In this document: in pieces, positions 53,237 to 64,000 of the stretch | How positions within the stretch are numbered: the first letter of the stretch is position 1 | Layout: each line of letters starts with the position of its first letter | Origin: Octopus sinensis | Taxonomy: Eukaryota | Assembly: GCF_006345805.1 (NCBI RefSeq) | Contig: NW_021833273.1 | Coordinates: forward strand, 1 to 64,000 | Direction of reading: 5' to 3' | Length of the DNA stretch: 64,000 nt | Position numbers and translations under genes: made by a program | The notes under the pieces: generated by a model | The model's database searches: none | What the model was told of the DNA's origin: nothing | Seen by the model: only the letters and a program-made list of their open reading frames with translations

Positions 53237-53944
53237 GGGACATCATGATCATCAATGGCATAATAATTGTGATGAAATCATCACCCCATGTCGTCATTGT
53301 CATTGTCGTCGTCGCTGCCATTGTTGCCGTAACCATTGTCGTCATTGGCATCATCATCATCATCGTCAGCATTATCATTATTTCTTACGGTAGACGACAC
53401 TCGAGAGATGAGGGTTGCGGGACGAACGCCCGCAGTGATAAAGCGAGCAGAAGCTACAGACATGCAGACAGACAGACAAACAGACTGTGGAACAGACAGA
53501 CAGGGAGGGAAAGAAAGAGGAAAAGAAAGAAAAGTAAAGAGAAGGAGGAATGGAAAGAAGGAAGAAGGGGAAACAAGGTGACATGGCGAGATAAAAGCAG
53601 CGTCTCTACTTCTCCCCATACCACCTCTCCCACCTCAATCTCTTCCCCCTCCTCACCTTGTCTACGTGGTGTGTCTTCTTAATTAATGTGAGACTCGCCA
53701 GATGTCTGCTGCGTAGCGATTGGTGGAGCTGCTATGAATATGTGTACATACATGCATACATACATACATACATACATACATACATACATACATACATACA
53801 CACATACATACATACGGATATATATGTATATATAAGCATACACACACATTTACATATATGCACATACCTACATACTCACGCACACACACGCACAAACATA
53901 TATAAAAACGTATGTATACACGTACATCAGTATAACATGTTCAT

Positions 53945-53975
<31 letters not shown>

Positions 53976-54185
53976 CATGGCCACATGTGCGTGTGTGTGT
54001 GTTTGTGTACGTATGTGTGTGTCCATTAGACTGTGTTTGTATCCGTATGTAAGTAAATACACAAACATACGCTTGCACATACGTACTCGCACGCACACAC
54101 AAACTTACTCAGGCACAGACAGATACACACACTCATACACACACACACACACACACACACAACACACACAGACATACACCACACA

Positions 54186-54216
<31 letters not shown>

Positions 54217-54681
54217 AACAAACAAACGCACATGCAGAGACACACAGAATATACATATAAATGTATGTCTTTATTATTATGTGAGTATGTACTTGTGCGT
54301 ACATACATCAGTAGATGCTTTTGTGCATATATTTGCATATGCGTATGAATATAATGAATATATTTGCATATAGAAATGCAATTTATGGATGTATAGAATA
54401 TATTCATATAGATATTTATCATGCGAGTATATATAGATTTCCGGATGTATGTATATTTGTGTGTATGTGCGTGTGTGTTGTGCGTGTGTGTCTTGTGTGT
54501 GTGTGTGCGCGCGCGCACGCGTTAAAAATATATGTTCGTGCTGGTGATTGATTATATATATATATATATATACACACACATATATATATACGTATATACA
54601 TATGTGTATACACATATATATATATACACTCACACTTACATATATACATACAAACTTGCTTCTATAATATATATACATACG

Positions 54682-54716
<35 letters not shown>

Positions 54717-55587
54717 GTCTATATATATGGACGAGTATTTCGTTGACACTTATTACCATCTGATTCATATCATTTATATTTCTCTCTTTCTCCCGCTCCC
54801 TCTCTATGTATGCATGTATGTATGTATGTATGTATGTATGTATGTATGTATGTATGTATGCATGTATGTATGTGTATGTATGTATGTACGAACGTACGTA
54901 CGTAAGTATGCATACACACACACATATACGTATATACATATATGCTCACCTATTTCTGCATTATATAATAAATTATTCAGTAAAACCTCTCCACTGTATT
55001 TTGTAATAAAATAAAAATAATATAAAGGAAAACAAAGAAAAAAGAAATGCAATTTTTAGTAAACGGACATCGTAAATTTTGGTTTCAGTTACAATTCGTG
55101 GATTTGAAGGAAAATAGAGATATACGATCCTGTAGAAGATGACAGCAACTTCGAAGTGTAACTCTGAGGAGTTTGAGTACTTCGAAGAATGTTTCCTGCA
55201 AATAGATGTCATTGAATTGGCTCCGGGCTGTGAAGAAACTACTATTAGACGTGTATTGTGATGGTTATCTGAATGTCGAAGGAAAGCAGTCATATTGTTT
55301 AACCCTTAACACTATTCGTTTTTATTTCTGACGTTAGTCTCCTTCTGCGGTATTCTCTTCCGTTTCCATCTGCAGAAGTTCATCTCCTAAACTGTTATGC
55401 ACTAAATATTGGGCAAATCCACTTTGGCCTTGGTCTCTCTCTCTCTCTCTCTCTCTCTAATTCTCTCTCTCCCTCCCTCTCTCTTCTTTACTCCCCTCTC
55501 TCTTTCCCTTTGCACCTCTATCTCCCTCCCTTCCTTCCCTCTCTCTGTGAGAAAAGGGTCAAAAAATTTCTCGCAAAAATCTAAAAT

Positions 55588-55730
55588 TGGTTTCAAAATT
55601 TGGCACAAAGCTAGAAATGTCTAGGGGATAGGACAAGTCGATTACATTATCCTTAGTGCTTTGCTGCTGCTTATCTTATCGACTCTGAAACAATGAAAGA
55701 CAAAATTGACCTCGGTAGAATTTGAGCTCC
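55588..55730 (-). mobile_element. SINE family B 3' half
   Basis: TTTCAAAATTTGGCACAA..AAGTCGATTACAT..ATGAAAGACAAAATTGACCTCGG. Confidence 0.65.
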
Positions 55731-56774
55731 TTTGTTCTAGTTGTGTGTGTGTGTGTGTGTGTGCGTGTGGTGTGTGTGTGTGTGTGTGTGTATGCGTGTG
55801 TGTGTGTTTCTGTGTAAAATTATAAGACTCAATAACTTATAGCGAATAGAATTTCTTTAAGCGAAACTATTACTATTAATCTTAATGCAAAAGGAATTAG
55901 GTTTTGTGTGCAATGTGTACCACTCGCATTGTGACCAGCGATGTGTAACACCATCGGGTAGCCTGGTCGGTCACGTGATCACGTGATGTATCACTACAAT
56001 CTCTCTATTGCAACCTCCGCTCTTTTTCACGGTCTCTGTCTGAGTCTCCCCCCCCCCCGCGCGCACATACATAAACATACACAAACGCACAAACACACAC
56101 ACGTATTGAAATATTGAACATCTTTTGTTTCACGAGTTTAGGAAAATCCTGCTTCGCTGAGGAGGTCTAATAAGCACTTGTTTTGGTCTAATAAGACTAA
56201 AACATGTCCTTTGCTTTCATTACATGACTTTAAAGCTCAGACACACAATGGTAAATCTGATTTTGAAACCAACAAGTCCTATTTCTTTTAGTTCTATTTA
56301 TATATCATCAAAAGTAGGTAAGCATTTATATATGCATGAATATATGTGCATGTATATATGCACGTACACACACACGCACACACAAACAATCTGAATAAAA
56401 AGACAGAGAAAGATTTTAACACATCTTTTATGATCAGTTACAATTGTTTCGTACCAACTCTGCTTTCAACGCCAGTTCATGCAAAAGTTCCAAATGAAAA
56501 GTGATGTAAAGTGCACCTTTGTTGCGGGTTTGAAGAAGTGCCACCCTAATGTTTAAAATCGCAAATATTACATAAACTTTCGCTTGGAAAAGTCTCATTT
56601 TGGATATATTTTGTTCTTCGCTAAACGGACATAAGAGTTTTATAGTTGTGAAACATGGATTTTCTGCTCCTGAGAAAATCTGATATTAGTCACGAGGAAT
56701 CCAACAGTATCGATAACCGAAAGCCCGGGTGAACGATGTTACAAGTAAATAACCTATTATTCTACCTTCCCACA

Positions 56775-56814
<40 letters not shown>

Positions 56815-56841
56815 TTATATATATGCTACGTATATATATAT

Positions 56842-56897
<56 letters not shown>

Positions 56898-56898
56898 G

Positions 56899-57342
56899 TA
56901 CTAATACGTACTAATACGTACTAATACATACTAATACATACTAATACATACACCTACCCTATACATACACACGTCCAGACCTCTCACACGCACTTATACT
57001 CTCTCATACACACACACACACTTATACATACTAATACGTACTAATACATACTAATACATACTAATACATACACCAACCCCATACATACGCACGTCCAGAC
57101 CTATCATACTCACTAATACTCTCTCATACACACACACACACACTTATACATACTAATACGTACTAATACATACTAATACATACTAATACATACACCAACC
57201 CCATACATACGCACGTCCAGACCTATCATACTCACTAATACTCTCTCATACACACGCACACACCCTTATACATACTAATACATACTAATACATACACCAA
57301 CCCTATACATACACACATCCAGACCTCTCCTACGCACTAATA
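56899..57342 (+). repeat. Hierarchical minisatellite, ~120-130-bp unit, ~3.6 copies, built on a 10-bp TACTAATAC(A/G) subunit
   Basis: (TACTAATACR)n-CACC.ACCC.ATACATAC.CACGTCCAGACCT recurs near 56900, 57029, 57151 and 57272. Confidence 0.9.
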
Positions 57343-57650
57343 GCTGGTCATTCAACCCTATTATCAACCCTATTATCTCCCCTTATTTCGCTCTCGCGTC
57401 TCATGTTTGATCTTTGACCTCTGGCCGGAATCAGATCGCCATGTTGATTCGTTAGTTACTGCACGCTTTTTTTTTCTCTCCTTCTTTCTGTGTTTTTTTT
57501 TCTCTCTGTGTATCTTTCTGTTGAAGAGCGTAGGCTCGAAACGTTAAAGACTTGTTTTATTTATATTTCCTGAGCGCCATACTAATACAATTGTTTGTTT
57601 GTTTCCCACCTGCCTTCGTCTTTTGTCTATTTTCATAAAGCTTCCCGTAT
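57340..57650 (+). mobile_element. Penelope-like pLTR fragment
   Basis: Hammerhead motif plus TTTCCTGAGCG..TAATAC shared with 2856-3060; ends in (TA)n. Confidence 0.6.
57513..57550 (+). ncRNA. Minimal type I hammerhead ribozyme motif (variant core)
   Basis: TCTTT-CTGTTGA-A-GAGC(GTAG)GCTC-GAAA-C-GTT-AAAGA. Confidence 0.6.
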
Positions 57651-57653
57651 ATA

Positions 57654-57696
<43 letters not shown>

Positions 57697-57731
57697 TGTG
57701 GGGAATATATATATATATATATATTCAGAAT

Positions 57732-58103
57732 AGGCGCAGGAGTGGCTGTGTGGTAAGTAGCTTACTTACCAACCACATGGTTCCGGGTTCAGTCCCACTG
57801 CGTGGCACTTTGGGAACGTGACTTCTACTATAGCCTCGGGTCGACCAAAGCCTTGTGAGTGGATTTGGTAGACGGAAACTGAAAGAATCCCGTCGTATAT
57901 ATGTATACGTATATGTTGTGTGTGTGTTTGTGTGTCTGTGTTTGTTCCCCCAACAACGCTTGACAACCGATACTGGTTCGGCAAAAGTGACCGATAGAAT
58001 AAGTACTAGGCTTACAAAGAATAAGTCCTGGGGTCGATTTGCTCGGCTAAAGGCGGTGCTCTAGCATGGCTGCCGTCAAATGACTGAAACAAGTAAAGAG
58101 TAA
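57732..58103 (+). mobile_element. tRNA-derived SINE family A, near full length
   Basis: AGGCGCAGGAGTGGCTGTGTGGTAAG (A box), GGTTCAGTCCC (B box), body, internal microsatellite, CR1-like tail. Confidence 0.85.
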
Positions 58104-58249
58104 TGTAACTACATGTGGATCGCTGGCGATTTCCCCCCATCCCCGTCTTCCTGTCAATGGATGGTTGAATGATGAAATCCAAGCTTCTCTGGTAGTTCCT
58201 CAACAGTTACGATGAGATTTTATTCCACAGAGGATGTGGTGAATATATC

Positions 58250-58890
58250 GTCGTCTAAATTACGCAAAAATGAAAATAACACTGACATCTCATTTTACTA
58301 AAATAACATTAAAATATCTTGAAATACTAAAGAATAAATTTATTCAATAAATTCGCCATTGGCTTCAGCCACGGCTTCCAGACAACTTCGGTATCTCCCG
58401 CAACTCTCTGGGCGGTCTCCTTGTTTAAGTTGGTGAATGCTGCCATAATCCTTCCCTTCAGTGTTTCTTTGGTGTTACAAGGAGTTTTGTTGGTCTCTCG
58501 CTCAACTGCGCCCTACGCATAATAATGAAGGGGTTGCAGTCTGGAGAATTAGGTGACCAGATGTTAGGGGTGATGTGGTCGCAGAAATTGTCTGACAGCC
58601 ATGACTGGGTTCTCTTGCTTGTGTGGTATGGTGCAGAGTTCCGTTGCCAGACATAGGGTCTTCCAGCAGCCACCCTTCACCCAAGGAAGCACTGTCTCTT
58701 CCAGGCATTTGATATAGACCTCCATGTTGAGTCTGAGGCTGTGTGGGAAGATGAATGGAGGTATAACGTCGCCATCACTAGTGATCACTCCAAACACCAT
58801 AATGTTGATTGTATGTTTAATTTTTATCCATCTCGGCACATGTTTTGGGGACACGGCAAGCCAACGGTTGCTCTGTGTGTTCACCATCTG
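58250..58890 (-). mobile_element. Tc1/mariner-superfamily transposase relic, probably DD37D (maT)-like
   Basis: NTQSNRWLA..IMVFGVITSDG..PPFIF..YIKCLEETVLPWV..GRPYVWQRNSAPYHTS..TQSWL..WSPNSPDCNP. Confidence 0.75.
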
Positions 58891-59071
58891 TTCCTACTGG
58901 GGTTTCTGGTGGTAACGCCAAGCAGTACAGCATGTCGTTTTCAAGTTTTCAGCAGAGTGAATTGGGTGATGGTGCTGTTTTTCACACATACAGTGCCCAT
59001 CTGACCCTACTATACTTTGTAGTCGACAAAACCCATATACATAAAATGGCGACAATTTACCCATCCAAACT

Positions 59072-59162
<91 letters not shown>

Positions 59163-59184
59163 ATGTATGTATATATATATAATA

Positions 59185-59262
<78 letters not shown>

Positions 59263-59515
59263 ATATATATATATATATATACATACAAAATAAGAAAATG
59301 GAGAAATACATGGAAGTCAAATATCAATTACCAGATAATACTCAATCACATACTTCATTAAACCACCACATAAGAAACTATAAGGTTAAACATAATAATG
59401 TAGAACAAAACAGTGTACATGAAGGAGTGTACATAAAAGAGTAATGTTATACAATAAGTAGAATATGTATAAGAGAGTGTAAATATAAGTACATATAAAT
59501 ATAAATATAGACTAC

Positions 59516-59642
59516 ATCTTACAGCTGTTTCGGCCATGTATATAAGTATGTCTCATTTTACTTATATTAGCCATTTATGGTAGGTCAATATGTAGTTATA
59601 AATGAGACATTTACCAAAATATCCTAAGGCCTCTTCGGAGAT
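59516..59642 (-). ncRNA. Type I hammerhead motif with 92-nt structured stem II insert
   Basis: ATCT-CCGAAGA-GGCC[92 nt]GGCC-GAAA-CAGCT-GTA-AGAT; internal helix ATGTCTCATTT/AAATGAGACAT. Confidence 0.65.
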
Positions 59643-59650
59643 TATGTGAT

Positions 59651-59694
<44 letters not shown>

Positions 59695-59906
59695 TGGTCG
59701 TATACTGTCAACTCAATGTGACAGTCCCGTAAGGGAATTACACCACCGCCATTTAGCCCTAGGAAACATCGACGTCTCCTGTTGGCTTTGACACATTTTC
59801 TGTGTCCTTATATTTGCAAAGGGGAGGCAATCACCCCCGCCATCCGGGACAAGGCACCTGAAGACATATGTTTCTTAGTGTATTGCTCATCGTCAGAAAT
59901 TCAATA

Positions 59907-59953
<47 letters not shown>

Positions 59954-60023
59954 ATATATACATACATACATACATACATATATACTGTTTAATTCATAAT
60001 AATTTTGAAGTTTCGAGAGAAAT

Positions 60024-60201
60024 AACTCGTTTATAACATTTGAACTCGAAGTAGATGAAGCTATAAATAATAGAGTGTAAATAATGAATTAAAAAACTGT
60101 ATGGATAGGGAAAATCGACCAAAGAGTTTTTTTAGCCAATATTTGCAGTATATTATTTATAACTTCATCTACTTCAAGTTCAACTGTTAAAAACAAATTA
60201 T
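60024..60201. repeat. Imperfect inverted repeat (foldback/MITE relic)
   Basis: TTGAACTCGAAGTAGATGAAGCTATAAATAATA pairs with TATTATTTATAACTTCATCTACTTCAAGTTCAA. Confidence 0.8.
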
Positions 60202-60254
60202 GAAATATATGTATATAAATACAAATATATATGTGTATATACCCCCCATATATG

Positions 60255-60301
<47 letters not shown>

Positions 60302-60377
60302 CACATATACATATATATATGTATGTATATAACTATACATCCGTATACATACAAAGATATACACATGTGTATATGTA

Positions 60378-60444
<67 letters not shown>

Positions 60445-61863
60445 ATATAGATATATGTATATATATAATATATATTTATACATACACACATTCGTACATA
60501 TATATACGTGCTTATGCACATACAGACATATTCACACACACGCAAACACATACACGCAAATGATAAGAACAACACTGATGTCGTAGCAACGAAAATTTAT
60601 AATTATTTGTAGAAATTTTGAGTGAGTTAAGATTGTCTGATAGTCTTCATATGTAATTCCCACTCACTGTCGTTTATATGTATGTATGTATGTATGTATG
60701 TATGCATGCATGTATGTATGTATGTATGTATGTATGTATGTATGTATGTATGTATGTATGTATGTATGTATATATATGTACTATACATACTATGTATGAT
60801 ATATATATTTATATATACAAGATACTTTCATATTCACATTAATATATACATATATGCATATGTCTAATCATGTATGTATTTTTAAAGACATTTATATATG
60901 TATGTATATGTGTATACACGTAATGATATGTCTGTATGTGTGTGTATGTGTGAGCATATATATATATATATATGTATATGTATATATATATATATGTATA
61001 TATATGTTCATATATATGCATGTGTATGCGCCTGTACATGTGCAATATATTACATTTATAAATGCATCGAGAGCATACACATACACTCTCACACATACAC
61101 ATGCACACACACGCACATACACACACACACACACACACTACACACACACTCCCTCTCACGCATGCACTCTCTCTCACGCATGCACTCTCTCTCACACACA
61201 CAAACACACGCACACATCCTAGATCATGGATATCCAAAATATTTCAATACCATGCGAACTTAGTCACGTTTCTCGTGTCTGACGGTATTCTCCGCTCTCT
61301 TCTTCCTTGTAGTTAATGTTTTCCTGTTCTGCCTTACATAACGGAATCACAAAACACGTTGTACACATACATACGTAAAGACATACACGCATACATTTAC
61401 ATATATACACTTGCACACCCTTATGTGTTCACATAGAAATAGTAACACACATGCACACATAGAAATAGGTTGGCCGCTACTGGTAAATGAGAGCTCAGTA
61501 TAGTGTATCATGACCCAGTCATCTTGTAGTAAAGCATTTGCTCTGTGTTAACATAATATAAAAAATTGCTCCCCGGGAAGAACCGATATGACTCTGCATC
61601 CTAATATGCTATGATCTCACACTGCAGAGCCACAATGGCTAAACGTGCGTAAGGAAAAATAGCAAAAGCAGCATGCGTTTATTATTATTTTTATTATATT
61701 TTTTCTGTATATCATAATCAGTAATACTCCTAAGTATAGTATTTACCACTCCACTTTACTAAAAGTAGACTGGGTAACGATACTATATGAGAAGCTGTAA
61801 ATTCACCAGTAGCATTCTTGCATCAAACTGCATACACAAGATATACCATGTGTATATGTGTGT

Positions 61864-61895
<32 letters not shown>

Positions 61896-62269
61896 TTATG
61901 GGAATCAGTTTAGGATTGCTGGAAATACACTAAAGACTTAAAACAAATCGTAAATTTTTTGTCTTTTAATTTATTAAAACATCATACAGGTTTCAACATT
62001 ACGTTTTGGTTTTTGAGTTGCAAATACATTTTAAAGAAGTATAAAAAAAAGTCGAAAACAGAATGCACAGCAGAATATTCCACAGATATAAAACATGCTC
62101 AAAAATAAATAAATAAATAAAATGCTTAATGCTTTCAAAATTACGATGAAAACTCATGCATTTACTAGGTTTCCCAGCTGTAAGAAATTATGAAAGTTCT
62201 AATGTCTGATAAATATCATAGCAATAATATATAATAGAAATTTGAAAGTTCAATAAGTTTCCAACAAGC

Positions 62270-62430
62270 AAGCAAAATGCTTAGCGGCATTTCGTCCACC
62301 GCCGAGGTTGACTTTGCCTTTCATCATTTCCGAGTCGATGAGATAAGTACCAGTTATGTGCTGGGGTGGATGTAATCGACTTACCTGTCTCCCACCGAGC
62401 TTGTAGATCTTGTGCCAAAATTTGAAACCA
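62270..62430 (+). mobile_element. SINE family B, internally deleted
   Basis: AAATGCTTAGCGGCATTTCGTC..GAGGTTGACTTTGCCTTTCATC..AAGTACCAG..CTTGTGCCAAAATTTGAAA. Confidence 0.75.
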
Positions 62431-63467
62431 ATAAGTTGTTTCATCGTTTTACATTATTTGTTCAAATATTACTGGGATCAAAGTTGCAGTTCACCTTTCC
62501 AAGCTAATTAAAATCGAGTACCAATGACGTATTGGACTGAAGTGTTTTAGAAATGCATATTACTGTTACAGTCTAAGAGACACATTTTAACCATTTGAAT
62601 ACACACAAGAACTTGAACATTTAATATTTGGTGTTAAAATTTTCGTCGCAAAAACTGCGACCTGATCACTGACATCATATAATAAATGTTTAAGTGAAGT
62701 TAACAGTTTTTGTGTGTTTTCGAATGACTAATATGTTTAAACACATTGTCTCAGATCAAATCACTTCTCAGACAAGTACATGAACGAAATGTTATGGTTA
62801 TTGATATTTACCAATTTAAATATGTTTTTTCTTCGTTTACGCAATTTAATGACGTTCCACAACCAAAGTCTATCATTTATTGCCAGGAAAAAATAAATGA
62901 AAAATTCATAAAAGTCGATAATTATTTCGTCTATTCAGTATTTTAATTGGTTATTCGTCTTTGAATGTATTGTCTTCGAGAAGTCTTTTGGCTGCTGAGA
63001 AAGCTTGTTGCATTACTTTATCAGAAACTTACTCTAATATTTAAAGCTTCTCTTTGAAGGTATTCGAAAAATTCTTTATATCTCTTGAAGAAGATTGCAG
63101 AACTGATAAGAACATGAATAAGCCTTGTTGTGAGGTGGCTGACAATATTGTGACATGTGGCGTTTACAGTGAAATGTAAAGATTGAAAACGTATGTCATG
63201 AAAGTAACAATGCACAAAGAGAATTAAAAGTTGGAAACAAAAACAAAGCTCACAAATAAAAATCAAACGAAACGAACTGTAAAGATGTTTGAAACAATTA
63301 TATGGGCAAGTGAACTCTCAAATTGCATTGGCTAGACCTGCTGGGTCTCTTATTTTGTAATTTAAGGGAAATCTTATTTTCATAGCGGTATCATTTCTTT
63401 TATTACACACATGTATATATGTATATGTATGTGTATGTGTATGTATGCATGTGTGTGTATATGTATG

Positions 63468-63552
<85 letters not shown>

Positions 63553-64000
63553 ATGTATATATGTACATCATATGTGTGTGTGTGTGAATTGGTGTGTATC
63601 TGCAAGTATGCATGGTTGCCCGTCTGTGTGTGTATGTTTTATTGTAAGCAATTATCAAATGCTGGAATATTTGGCGATACATTGAAAAATAATCTGTGCC
63701 CCCGTGGTGCGCGAACCCATGTGACTCTCATTTAGATTATGGTAGAGGCTCCAAGACACACACACAACTGTGTACGTAAATAATTCTAGCTCTTGAATGT
63801 TTTGTAATTATATGTGTGCGTATATCTAAGCCCTGTGTGCGTTTGTGGAGACAGAGAAAGAGAGAAATAGAAAGATAGATAGAGAGACAGAGAGATGTAG
63901 GGAGAGATATGCACCGCCACAAATCTTAATCATACGTAAATACGCCCTTATATGTTATACAATTAGTCAGAGATACATGCGCGTTACGGAAATTATCGTA

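Noticed and set aside
54973-55293. 106-aa non-repetitive ORF (MTAFLRHSDN...)
   Set aside because: No recognisable domain or clear splice signals; cannot be supported without RNA or homology data
56430-56456. Hammerhead 3' half on the minus strand (GTAC-GAAACAATTGTA)
   Set aside because: No CUGANGA box or stem partners were found upstream; at most a truncated relic. Similar halves near 480, 61990 and 63980 were rejected for the same reason
56899-57342. CRISPR-like periodicity
   Set aside because: Whole units repeat with no unique spacers, there are no cas genes, and the context is eukaryotic
62740-63320. Possible host exon in unique sequence
   Set aside because: Only short ORFs with no recognisable product

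Overview
This is AT-rich eukaryotic DNA saturated with microsatellites and transposon relics. The SINE families and (TA)/(CA)/(TATG)/(TAA) density suggest a cephalopod, probably Octopus (inference). No host protein-coding gene, rRNA, true tRNA or CRISPR array can be supported, and most ORFs in the six-frame track are translated microsatellites. Recognisable retroelements are Tx1/L1-type, CR1-type, Dong/R4-type and Hero-type non-LTR fragments, Penelope-like elements (PLEs) and several SINE families. DNA elements include two full-length mariners sharing one TA, further Tc1/mariner relics, non-autonomous Helitrons and foldback/MITE hairpins. The main signal is a dispersed set of about seven type I hammerhead-ribozyme motifs with palindromic stem III, several with long (43-92 nt) stem II inserts. 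Two of them sit in the inverted terminal repeats of a GIY-YIG Penelope-like element whose endonuclease region has in-frame TGA at two expected Cys positions. Other signals are a SINE/CR1 pair sharing a structured 3' end and Tx1 copies in different microsatellites. All alignments and folds were done by eye, so boundaries are approximate.
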